Positions 10,846-23,520 of a DNA stretch of 64,000 bases are shown in pieces. The notes beneath the pieces were generated by a model. That model ran no database searches. It had not been told where the DNA came from and was given only the letters and a program-made list of their open reading frames with translations. Origin of the DNA: Eledone cirrhosa (taxonomy: Eukaryota); the NCBI GenBank assembly GCA_964016885.1, contig CAXHJY010000096.1, positions 1 through 64,000 of the forward strand, in the 5' to 3' direction. Every line of letters starts with the position of its first letter. Positions within the stretch are counted from its first letter, which is position 1. A program made the position numbers and the translations under genes.

Positions 10846-13800
10846 TTTTTAAAAAATCATTGGGAGATTTGTAAAAAAAATCAGGGGGAGATAATTTGTA
10901 AAAAAAATCAAGGGGAGATAATTTCCAGCCGTCCAAGGGGAGGTAATATCTAGCCGTCCAAGGGGAGATAATTTCCAGCCGTCCAAGGGGAGATAATTTC
11001 CAGCCGTCCAAGGGTAGATAATATCCAGCCGTCCAAGGACATATTTTCCAGCCGTCCAAGGAGAGGTAATTTCTAGCCGTCCAAGGGGAGATAAATTCCA
11101 GCCTCCAAGGGGAGATAATTTCCAGCCAGCCAAGGGGAGATAATTTGTAAAAAAATCAGGGGGAGATAATTTGTAAAAAAAATCAGGGGGAGATAATTTG
11201 TAAAAAAAAATCAGGGGGAGATAATTTGTAAAAAAAAATCAGGGGGAGATAATTTGTAAAAAAAATCAAGGGGAGATAATTTCCAGCCGTCCAAGGGGAG
11301 ATAATTTTCAGCCGTCCAAGGGGAGATAATTTCCCGCCAGCCAAGGGAAGATAATATTTAAAAAAATCAGGCGGAGATAATTTGTAAAAAAAATCAGGGG
11401 GAGATAATTTGTAAAAAATTCAGGGGGAGATAATTTGTAAAAAAAAAATCAGGGGGAGATAATTTGTAAAAAAAATCAGGGGGAGATAATTTGTAAAAAA
11501 AAATCAGGGGTAGATAATTTGTAAAAAAAATCAGGGGGAGATAATTTGTAAAAAAAATGAAAGGGGAGATAATATCCAGCCGTCCAAGGGGAGATAATTT
11601 CCAGCCGTCCAAGGGGAGATAATTTCCAGCCGTCCAAGGGGAGATAATTTCCATCCTTCCAAGGGGATATAATTTCCAGCCGTCCAAGGGGAGATAATTT
11701 CGAGCCAAGGGGAGATAATTTCCAGCCGTCCAAGGGGAGATAATTTTTTAAAAAATCAGGTGGAGATAATTTGTAAAAAAAATCAGGGGGAGATAATTTG
11801 TAAAAACAAAATCAAGGGCAGATAATTTCCAGCTGTCCAAGGGGAGATAATTTCCAGCCGTCCAAGGGGAGATAATTTCCAGCCGTCCAAGGGGAGATAA
11901 TTTCCATCCTTCCAAGGGGATATAATTTCCAGCCGTCCAAGGGGAGATAATTTCCCGCCAGCCAAGGGAAGATGATTTTTAAAAAAATCAGGCGGAGATT
12001 GTAAAAAAAATCAGGGGGGGAGATAAGTTGTAAAAAAATCAGGGGGAGAAAATTTGTAAAAAAAAAATCAGGGGGAGATAATTTGTAAAAAAAAATCAGG
12101 GGGAGATAATTTGTAAAAAAAAATCAGGGGGAGATAATTTGTAAAAAAAATTAGGCGTAGATAAATTGTAAAAAAAAATCAGGGGGAGATAATTTGTAAA
12201 AAAAAATCAGGGGGAGATAATTTGTTTAAAAAATCAAGGGGAGATAATTTGCAGCCGTCCAAGGGGAGATAATTTTCAGCCGTCCAAGGAGAGGTAATTT
12301 CTAGCCGTTCAAGGGGAGATAATTTCCAGCCGTCCAAGGGGAAATAATTTCCAGCCGTCCAAGGGGAGATAATTTTTTTTTAAATATCAGGCGGAGATAA
12401 TTTGTAAAAAAAATCAGGGGGAGATAATTCGTAAAAAAAAATCAGGGGGAGATAATTTGTAAAAAAAAATCAGGGGGAGATAATTTGTAAAAAAAATCAA
12501 GGGGAGATAATTTCCAGCCGTCCAAGGGGAGGTAATATCTAGCCGTCCAAGGGGAGATAATTTCCAGCCGTCCAAGGGGAGATAATTTTTTTTAAAAAAT
12601 CAGGCGGAGATAATTTGTAAAAAAAATCAGGGGGAGATAATTTGTAAACAAAATCAGGGGGAGATAATTTGTAAAAAAAAATCAGGGGGAGATAATTTGT
12701 AAAAAAAATTAGGCGTAGATAATTTGTAAAAAAAAATCAGGGGGAGATAATTTGTAAAAAAAAATCAGGGGGAGATAATTTGTTTAAAAAATCAAGGGGA
12801 GATAATTTGCAGCCGTCCAAGGGGAGATAATTTTCAGCCGTCCAAGGAGAGGTAATTTCTAGCCGTTCAAGGGGAGATAATTTCCAGCCGTCCAAGGGGA
12901 GATAATTTCCAGCCGTCCAAGGGGAGATAATTTTTTTTAAAAAATCAGGCGGAGATAATTTGTAAAAAAAAATCAGGGGGAGATAATTCGTAAAAAAAAA
13001 TCAGGGGGAGATAATTTGTAAAAAAAATCAAGGAGAGATAATTTCCAGCCGTCCAAGGGGAGATAATTTCCAGCCGTCCAAGGAGACATATTTTCCAGCC
13101 GTCCAAGGCGAGGTAATTTCTAGCCGTCCAAGGGGAGATAAATTCCAGCCTCCAAGGGGAGATAATTTCCAGCCAGCCAAGTGGAGATAATTTGTAAAAA
13201 AATCAGGGGGAGATAATTTGTAAAAAATATGAGGGAGATAATTTGTAAAAAAAAATCAGGGGGAGATAATTTGTAAAAAAAATCAGGGGGAGATAATTTG
13301 TAAAAAAAAATCAGGGGGAGATAATTTGTAAAAAAAATCAAGGGGAGATAATTTCCAGCCGTCCAAGGGGAGATAATTTTCAGCCGTCCAAGGGGAGATA
13401 ATTTCCCGCCAGCCAAGGGAAGATAATATTTAAAAAAATCAGGCGGAGATAATTTGTAAAAAAAATCAGGGGGAGATAATTTGTAAAAAAATCAGGGGGA
13501 GATAATTTGTAAAAAAAAAATCAGGGGGAGATAATTTGTAAAAAAAATCAGGGGGAGATAATTTGTAAAAAAAAATCAGGGGTAGATAATTTGTAAAAAA
13601 AAATCAGGGGGAGATAATTTGTAAAAAAAAATCAGGGGGAGATAATTTGTAAAAAAAATGAAAGGGGAGATAATATCCAGCCGTCCAAGGGGAGATAATT
13701 TCCAGCCGTCCAAGGGGAGATAATTTCCAGCCGTCCAAGGGGAGATAATTTCCATCCTTCCAAGGGGATATAATTTCCAGCCGTCCAAGGGGAGATAATT

Positions 13801-16800
13801 TCCCGCCAGCCAAGGGAAGATAATTTTTAAAAAAATCAGGCGGAGATTGTAAAAAAAATCAGGGGGGAGATAATTTGTAAAAAAATCAGGCGGAGATAAT
13901 TTGTTAAAAATAATCAGGGGGAGATAATTTGTAAAAAAATTCAAGGGGAGATAATTTCCAGCCGTCCAAGGGGAGATAATTTCCCGCCAGCCAAGGGAAG
14001 ATAATATTTAAAAAAATTAGGCGGAGATAATTTGTAAAAAAAATCAGGGGGAGATAATTTGTAAAAAAATCAGGGGGAGATAATTTGTAAAAAAAATCAG
14101 GGGGAGATAATTTGTAAAAAAAATCATGGGGAGATAATTTGTAAAAAAAAATCAGGGGTAGATAATTTGTAAAAAAAAATCAGGGGGAGATAATTTGTAA
14201 AAAAAAATCAGGGGCAGATAATTTGTAAAAAAAATCAAGGGGAGATAATATCCAGCCGCCCAAGGAGAGATAATTTTTAAAGAAAATGAGGCGGAGATAA
14301 TTTGTAAAAAAAAAATGAGGGGGAGTTAATTTGTAAAAAAAAATGAGGGGGAGATAATTTGTAAAAAAAATCAAGGGGAGATAATTTGCAGCCGTCCAAG
14401 GGGAGATAATTTTCAGTCGTCCAAGGAGAGGTAATTTCTAGCCGTCCAAGGGGAGATAATTTCCAGCCGTCCAAGGGGAGATAATTTCCAGCCGTCCAAG
14501 GGGAGATAATTTTTTTTAAAAAATCAGGCGGAGATAATTTGTAAAAAAAATCAGGGGGAGATAATTTGTAAACAAAATCAGGGGGAGATAATTTGTAAAA
14601 AAAAATCAGGGGGAGATAATTTGTAAAAAAAATTAGGCGTAGATAATTTGTAAAAAAAAATCAGGGGGAGATAATTTGTAAAAAAAAATGAAGGGGAGAT
14701 AATTTGTTTAAAAAATCAAGGGGAGATAATTTGCAGCCGTCCAAGGGGAGATAATTTTCAGCCGTCCAAGGAGAGGTAATTTCTAGCCGTTCAAGGGGAG
14801 ATAATTTCCAGCCGTCCAAGGGGAGATAATTTCCAGCCGTCCAAGGGGAGATAATTTTTTTTTAGAAATCAGGCTGAGATAATTTGTAAAAAAAAAACAG
14901 GGGGAGATAATTCGTAAAAAAAAATCAGGGGGAGATAATTTGTAAAAAAAAATCAGGGGGAGATAATTTGTAAAAAAAATCAAGGGGAGATAATTTCCAG
15001 CCGTCCAAGGGGAGGTAATATCTAGCCGTCCAAGGGGAGATAATTTCCAGCCGTCCAAGGGGAGATAATTTCCAGCCGTCCAAGGGGAGATAATTTCCAG
15101 CCGTCCAAGGAGACATATTTTCCAGCCGTCCAAGGCGAGGTAATTTCTAGCCGTCCAAGGGGAGATAAATTCCAGCCTCCAAGGGGAGATAATTTCCAGC
15201 CAGCCAAGGGGAGATAATTTGTAAAAAAATCAGGGGGAGATAATTTGTAAAAAATATCAGGGAGATAATTTGTAAAAAAAAATCAGGGGGAGATAATTTG
15301 TAAAAAAAATCAGGGGGAGATAATTTGTAAAAAAAAATCAGGGGGAGATGATTTGTAAAAAAAATCAAGGGGAGATAATTTCCAGCCGTCCAAGGGGAGA
15401 TAATTTTCAGCCGTCCAAGGAGAGGTAATTTCTAGCCGTCCGAGGAGAGATAATTTCCAGCCGTCCAAGGGGAGATAATTTCCAGCCGTCCAAGGGGAGA
15501 TAATTTCCAGCCGTCCAAGGAGACATATTTTCCAGCCGTCCAAGGAGAGGTAATTTCTAGCCGTCCAAGGGGAGATAAATTCCAGCCTCCAAGGGGAGAT
15601 AATTTCCAGCCAGCCAAGGGGAGATAATTTGTAAAAAAATCAGGGGGAGATAATTTGTAAAAAAAAATCAGGGGTAGATAATTTGTAAAAAAAAATCAGG
15701 GGGAGATAATTTGTAAAAAAAAATCAGGGGGAGATAATTTGTAAAAAAAATCAAGGGGAGATAATTTCCAGCCGTCCAAGGAGAGATAATTTAAAAAAAA
15801 AATCAGGCGCAGATAATTTGTAAAAAAAAATCAGGGGGAGATAATTTGTAAAAAAAATCAAGGGGAGATAATTTCCAGCCGTCCAAGGGGAGATAATTTT
15901 CAGCCGTCCAAGGAGAGGTAATTTCTAGCCGTCCAAGTAGAGATAATTTCCAGCCGTCCAAGGGGAGATAATTTCCAGCCGTCCAAGGAGAGATAATTTC
16001 CAGCCGTCCAAGGGGAGATAAATTCCAGCCTCCAAGGGGAGATAATTTCCAGCCAGCCAAGGGGAGATAATTTGTAAAAAAAATCAGGGGGAGATAATTT
16101 GTAAAAAAAATCAGGGGGAGATAATTTGTAAAAAAAATCAGGGGGAGATAATTTGTAAAAAAAAATCAGGGGTAGATAATTTGTAAAAAAAAATCATGGG
16201 GAGATAATTTGTAAAAGAAATCAAGGGGAGATAATTTCCAGCCGTCCAAGGGAAGATAATTTCCAGCCCTCCAAGGGGCTATAATTTCCAGCGTCCAAGG
16301 GGAGATAATTTCCAGCCAGCGAAGGGGAGATAATTTTTTTTTAAAAATCATTGGGAGATTTGTAAAAAAAATCAGGGGGAGATAATTTGTAAAAAAAATC
16401 AAGAGGAGATAATTTCCAGCCGTCCAAGGGGAGGTAATATCTAGCCGTCCAAGGGGAGATAATTTCCAGCCGTCCAAGGGGAGATAATTTCCAGCCGTCC
16501 AAGGGTAGATAATATCCAGCCGTCCAAGGACATATTTTCCAGCCGTCCAAGGAGAGGTAATTTCTAGCCGTTCAAGGGGAGATAATTTCCAGCCGTCCAA
16601 GGGGAGATAATTTCCAGCCGTCCAAGGGGAGATAATTTTTTTTAAAAAATCACGCGGAGATAATTTGTAAAAAAAAATCAGGGGGAGATAATTCGTAAAA
16701 AAAAATCAGGGGGAGATAATTTGTAAAAAAAAATCAGGGGGAGATAATTTGTAAAAAAAATCAAGGGGAGATAATTTCCAGTCGTCCAAGGGGAGGTAAT

Positions 16801-17959
16801 ATCTAGCCGTCCAAGGGGAGATAATTTCAAGCCGTCCAAGGGGAGATAATTTCCAGCCGTCCAAGGGGAGATAATTTTCAGCCGTCCAAGGAGAGGTAAT
16901 TTCTAGCCGTCCGAGGAGAGATAATTTCCAGCCGTCCAAGGGGAGATAATTTCCAGCCGTCCAAGGGGAGATAATTTCCAGCCGTCCAAGGAGACATATT
17001 TTCCAGCCGTCCAAGGAGAGGTAATTTCTAGCCGTCCAAGGGGAGATAAATTCCAGCCTCCAAGGGGAGATAATTTCCAGCCAGCCAAGGGGAGATAATT
17101 TGTAAAAAAATCAGGGGGAGATAATTTGCAAAAAAAATCAGGGGAAGATAATTTGTAAAAAAAAATCAGGGGGAGATAATTTGTAAAAAATAATCAGGGG
17201 GAGATAATTTCCAGCCGTCCAAGGGGAGATAATTTTCAGCCGTCCAAGGGGAGATAATTTCCCGCCAGCCAAGGGAAGATAATATTTATAAAAATTAGGC
17301 GGAGATAATTTGTAAAAAAAATCAGGGGGAGATAATTTGTAAAAAAAATCAGGGGGAGATAATTTGTAAAAAAAAATCAGGGGTAGATAATTTGTAAAAA
17401 AAAATCAGGGGGAGATAATTTGTAAAAAAAATCAAGGGTAGATAATTTCCAGCCGTCCAAGGGAAGATAATTTCCAGCCCTCCAAGGGGCTATAATTTCC
17501 AGCGTCCAAGGGGAGATAATTTCCAGCCAGCGAAGGGGAGATAATTTTTTTTAAAAAATCATTGGGAGATTTGTAAAAAAAATCAGGGGGAGATAATTTG
17601 TAAAAAAAATCAAGGGGAGATAATTTCCAGCCGTCCAAGGGGAGGTAATATCTAGCCGTCCAAGGGGAGATAATTTCCAGCCGTCCAAGGGGAGATAATT
17701 TCCAGCCGTCCAAGGGTAGATAATATCCAGCCGTCCAAGGACATATTTTCCAGCCGTCCAAGGAGAGGTAATTTCTAGCCGTCCAAGGGGAGATAAATTC
17801 CAGCCTCCAAGGGGAGATAATTTCCAGCCAGCCAAGGGGAGATAATTTGTAAAAAAATCAGGGGGAGATAATTTGTAAAAAAAATCAGGGGGAGATAATT
17901 TGTAAAAAAAAATCAGGGGGAGATAATTTGTAAAAAAAATCAGGGGGAGATAATTTGTA

Positions 17960-20900
17960 AAAAAAATCAAGGGGAGATAATTTCCAGCCGTCCAAGGGGA
18001 GATAATTTTCAGCCGTCCAAGGGGAGATAATTTCCCGCCAGCCAAGGGAAGATAATATTTAAAAAAATCAGGCGGAGATAATTTGTAAAAAAAATCAGGG
18101 GGAGATAATTTGTAAAAAATTCAGGGGGAGATAATTTGTAAAAAAAAAATCCGAGGGAGATAATTTGTAAAAAAAATCAGGGGGAGATAATTTGTAAAAA
18201 AAATCAGGGGGAGATAATTTGTAAAAAAAATGAAAGGGGAGATAATATCCAGCCGTCCAAGGGGAGATAATTTCCAGCCGTCCAAGGGGAGATAATTTCC
18301 AGCCGTCCAAGGGGAGATAATTTCCATCCTTCCAAGGGGATATAATTTCCAGCCGTCCAAGGGGAGATAATTTCGAGCCAAGGGGAGATAATTTCCAGCC
18401 GTCCAAGGGGAGATAATTTTTTAAAAAATCAGGTGGAGATAATTTGTAAAAAAAATCAGGGGGAGATAATTTGTAAAAACAAAATCAAGGGCAGATAATT
18501 TCCAGCTGTCCAAGGGGAGATAATTTCCAGCCGTCCAAGGGGAGATAATTTCCAGCCGTCCAAGGGGAGATAATTTCCATCCTTCCAAGGGGATATAATT
18601 TCCAGCCGTCCAAGGGGAGATAATTTCCCGCCAGCCAAGGGAAGATGATTTTTAAAAAAATCAGGCGGAGATTGTAAAAAAAATCAGGGGGGGAGATAAT
18701 TTGTAAAAAAATCAGGGGGAGATAATTTGTAAAAAAAAAATCAGGGGGAGATAATTTGTAAAAAAAAATCAGGGGGAGATAATTTGTGAAAAAAAAATCA
18801 GGGGGAGATAATTTGTAAAAAAATTAGGCGTAGATAATTTGTAAAAAAAAATCAGGGGGAGATAATTTGTAAAAAAAAATCAGGGGGAGATAATTTGTTT
18901 AAAAAATCAAGGGGAGATAATTTGCAGCCGTCCAAGGGGAGATAATTTTCAGCCGTCCAAGGAGAGGTAATTTCTAGCCGTTCAAGGGGAGATAATTTCC
19001 AGCCGTCCAAGGGGAAATAATTTCCAGCCGTCCAAGGGGAGATAATTTTTTTTAAAAAATCAGGCGGAGATAATTTGTAAAAAAAATCAGGGGGAGATAA
19101 TTCGTAAAAAAAAATCAGGGGGAGATAATTTGTAAAAAAAAATCAGGGGGAGATAATTTGTAAAAAAAATCAAGGGGAGATAATTTCCAGCCGTCCAAGG
19201 GGAGGTAATATCTAGCCGTCCAAGGGGAGATAATTTCCAGCCGTCCAAGGGGAGATAATTTTTTTAAAAAAATCAGGCGGAGATAATTTGTAAAAAAAAT
19301 CAGGGGGAGATAATTTGTAAACAAAATTAGGGGGAGATAATTTGTAAAAAAAAATCAGGGGGAGATAATTTGTAAAAAAAATTAGGCGTAGATAATTTGT
19401 AAAAAAAAATCAGGGGAGATAATTTGTAAAAAAAAATCAGGGGGAGATAATTTGTTTAAAAAATCAAGGGGAGATAATTTGCAGCCGTCCAAGGGGAGAT
19501 AATTTTCAGCCGTCCAAGGAGAGGTAATTTCTAGCCGTTCAAGAGGAGATAATTTCCAGCCGTCCAAGGGGAGATAATTTCCAGCCGTCCAAGGGGAGAT
19601 AATTTTTTTTAAATAATCAGGCGGAGATAATTTGTAAAAAAAAATCAGGGGGAGACAATTCGTAAAAAAAAATCAGGGGGAGATAATTTGTAAAAAAAAT
19701 CAAGGAGAGATAATTTCCAGCCGTCCAAGGGGAGATAATTTCCAGCCGTCCAAGGAGACATATTTTCCAGCCGTCCAAGGCGAGGTAATTTCTAGCCGTC
19801 CAAGGGGAGATAAATTCCAGCCTCCAAGGGGAGATAATTTCCAGCCAGCCAAGTGGAGATAATTTGTAAAAAAATCAGGGGGAGATAATTTGTAAAAAAT
19901 ATGAGGGAGATAATTTGTAAAAAAAAATCAGGGGGAGATAATTTGTAAAAAAAATCAGGGGGAGATAATTTGTAAAAAAAAATCAGGGGGAGATAATTTG
20001 TAAAAAAAATCAAGGGGAGATAATTTCCAGCCGTCCAAGGGGAGATAATTTTCAGCCGTCCAAGGGGAGATAATTTCCCGCCAGCCAAGGGAAGATAATA
20101 TTTTAAAAAATCAGGCGGAGATAATTTGTAAAAAAAATCAGGGGGAGATAATTTGTAAAAAAATCAGGGGGAGATAATTTGTAAAAAAAAAATCAGGGGG
20201 AGATAATTTGTAAAAAAAATCAGGGGGAGATAATTTGTAAAAAAAAATCAGGGGTAGATAATTTGTAAAAAAAATTAGGGGGAGATAATTTGTAAAAAAA
20301 AATCAGGGGGAGATAATTTGTAAAAAAAATGAAAGGGGAGATAATATCCAGCCGTCCAAGGGGAGATAATTTCCAGCCGTCCAAGGGGAGATAATTTCCA
20401 GCCGTCCAAGGGGAGATAATTTCCATCCTTCCAAGGGGATATAATTTCCAGCCGTCCAAGGGGAGATAATTTCCCGCCAGCCAAGGGAAGATAATTTTTA
20501 AAAAAATCAGGCGGAGATTGTAAAAAAAATCAGGGGGGAGATAATTTGTAAAAAAATCAGGGGGAGATAATTTGTTAAAAATAATCAGGGGGAGATAATT
20601 TGTAAAAAAATTCAAGGGGAGATAATTTCCAGCCGTCCAAGGGGAGATAATTTCCCGCCAGCCAAGGGAAGATAATATTTAAAAAAATTAGGCGGAGATA
20701 ATTTGTAAAAAAAATCAGGGGGAGATAATTTGTAAAAAAATCAGGGGGAGATAATTTGTAAAAAAAATCAGGGGGAGATAATTTGTAAAAAAAATCAAGG
20801 GGAGATAATTTCCAGCCGTCCAAGGGGAGATAATTTTCAGCCGTCCAAGGGGAGATAATTTCCCGCCAGCCAAGGGAAGATAATATTTAAAAAAATCAGG

Positions 20901-23520
20901 CGGAGATAATTTGTAAAAAAAATCAGGGGGAGATAATTTGTAAAAAATTCAGGGGGAGATAATTTGTAAAAAAAAAATCAGAGGGAGATAATTTGTAAAA
21001 AAAATCAGGGGGAGATAATTTGTAAAAAAAATCAGGGGGAGATAATTTGTAAAAAAAATGAAAGGGGAGATAATATCCAGCCGTGCAAGGGGAGATAATT
21101 TCCAGCCGTCCAAGGGGAGATAATTTCCAGCCGTCCAAGGGGAGATAATTTCCATCCTTCCAAGGGGATATAATTTCCAGCCGTCCAAGGGGAGATAATT
21201 TCGAGCCAAGGGGAGATAATTTCCAGCCGTCCAAGGGGAGATAATTTTTTTAAAAATCAGGTGGAGATAATTTGTAAAAAAAATCAGGGGGAGATAATTT
21301 GTAAAAACAAAATCAAGGGCAGATAATTTCCAGCTGTCCAAGGGGAGATAATTTCCAGCCGTCCAAGGGGAGATAATTTCCAGCCGTCCAAGGGGAGATA
21401 ATTTCCATCCTTCCAAGGGGATATAATTTCCAGCCGTCCAAGGGGAGATAATTTCCCGCCATCCAAGGGAAGATGATTTTTAAAAAAATCAGGCGGAGAT
21501 TGTAAAAAAAATCAGGGGGGGAGATAATTTGTAAAAAAATCAGGGGGAGATAATTTGTAAAAAAAAAATCAGGGGGAGATAATTTGTAAAAAAATTAGGC
21601 GTAGATAATTTGTAAAAAAAAATCAGGGGGAGATAATTTGTAAAAAAAAATCAGAGGGAGATAATTTGTTTAAAAAATCAAGGGGAGATAATTTGCAGCC
21701 GTCCAAGGGGAGATAATTTTCAGCCGTCCAAGGAGAGGTAATTTCTAGCCGTTCAAGGGGAGATAATTTCCAGCCGTCCAAGGGGAAATAATTTCCAGCC
21801 GTCCAAGGGGAGATAATTTTTTTTAAAAAATCAGGCGGAGATAATTTGTAAAAAAAATCAGGGGAAGATAATTCGTAAAAAAAAATCAGGGTGAGATAAT
21901 TTGTAAAAAAAAATCAGGGGGAGATAATTTGTAAAAAAAATCAAGGGGAGATAATTTCCAGCCGTCCAAGGGGAGGTAATATCTAGCCGTCCAAGGGGAG
22001 ATAATTTCCAGCCGTCCAAGGGGAGATAATTTTTTTAAAAAAATCAGGCGGAGATAATTTGTAAAAAAAATCAGGGGGAGATAATTTGTAAACAAAATTA
22101 GGGGGAGATAATTTGTAAAAAAAAATCAGGGGGAGTTAATTTGTAAAAAAAATTAGGCGTAGATAATTTGTAAAAAAAAATCAGGGGGAGATAATTTGTT
22201 TAAAAAATCAAGGGGAGATAATTTGCAGCCGTCCAAGGGGAGATAATTTTCAGCCGTCCAAGGAGAGGTAATTTCTAGCCGTTCAAGAGGAGATAATTTC
22301 CAGCCGTCCAAGGGGAGATAATTTCCAGCCGTCCAAGGGGAGATAATTTTTTTTAAATAATCAGGCGGAGATAATTTGTAAAAAAAATCAGGGGGAGACA
22401 ATTCGTAAAAAAAAATCAGGGGGAGATAATTTGTAAAAAAAATCAAGGAGAGATAATTTCCAGCCGTCCAAGGGGAGATAATTTCCAGCCGTCCAAGGAG
22501 ACATATTTTCCAGCCGTCCAAGGCGAGGTAATTTCTAGCCGTCCAAGGGGAGATAAATTCCAGCCTCCAAGGGGAGATAATTTCCAGCCAGCCAAGTGGA
22601 GATAATTTGTAAAAAAATCAGGGGTAGATAATTTGTAAAAAATATGAGGGAGATAATTTGTAAAAAAAAATCAGGGGGAGATAATTTGTAAAAAAAATCA
22701 GGGGGAGATAATTTGTAAAAAAAAATCAGGGGGAGATAATTTGTAAAAAAAATCAAGGGGAGATAATTTCCAGCCGTCCAAGGGGAGATAATTTTCAGCC
22801 GTCCAAGGGGAGATAATTTCCCGCCAGCCAAGGGAAGATAATATTTAAAAAAATCAGGCGGAGATAATTTGTAAAAAAAATCAGGGGGAGATAATTTGTA
22901 AAAAAATCAGGGGGAGATAATTTGTAAAAAAAAAATCAGGGGGAGATAATTTGTAAAAAAAATCAGGGGGAGATAATTTGTAAAAAAAAATCAGGGGTAG
23001 ATAATTTGTAAAAAAAATTAGGGGGAGATAATTTGTAAAAAAAAATCAGGGGGAGATAATTTGTAAAAAAAATGAAAGGGGAGATAATATCCAGCCGTCC
23101 AAGGGGAGATAATTTCCAGCCGTCCAAGGGGAGATAATTTCCAGCCGTCCAAGGGGAGATAATTTCCATCCTTCCAAGGGGATATAATTTCCAGCCGTCC
23201 AAGGGGAGATAATTTCCCGCCAGCCAAGGGAAGATAATTTTTAAAAAAATCAGGCGGAGATTGTAAAAAAAATCAGGGGGGAGATAATTTGTAAAAAAAT
23301 CAGGGGGAGATAATTTGTTAAAAATAATCAGGGGGAGATAATTTGTAAAAAAATTCAAGGGGAGATAATTTCCAGCCGTCCAAGGGGAGATAATTTCCCG
23401 CCAGCCAAGGGAAGATAATATTTAAAAAAATTAGGCGGAGATAATTTGTAAAAAAAATCAGGGGGAGATAATTTGTAAAAAAATCAGGGGGAGATAATTT
23501 GTAAAAAAAATCAGGGGGAG
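17960..23520 (+). repeat. Tandem higher-order duplication, period about 2.74-2.83 kb (2 copies differing by whole-monomer indels)
   Basis: The variants TTCAAGAGG, AAATAATCAGGCGG, GGAGACAATTCG and AAACAAAATTAG occur in both halves. ORF offsets are 2828 (18095/20923), 2771 (19115/21886) and 2743 (19792/22535). Confidence 0.9.
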
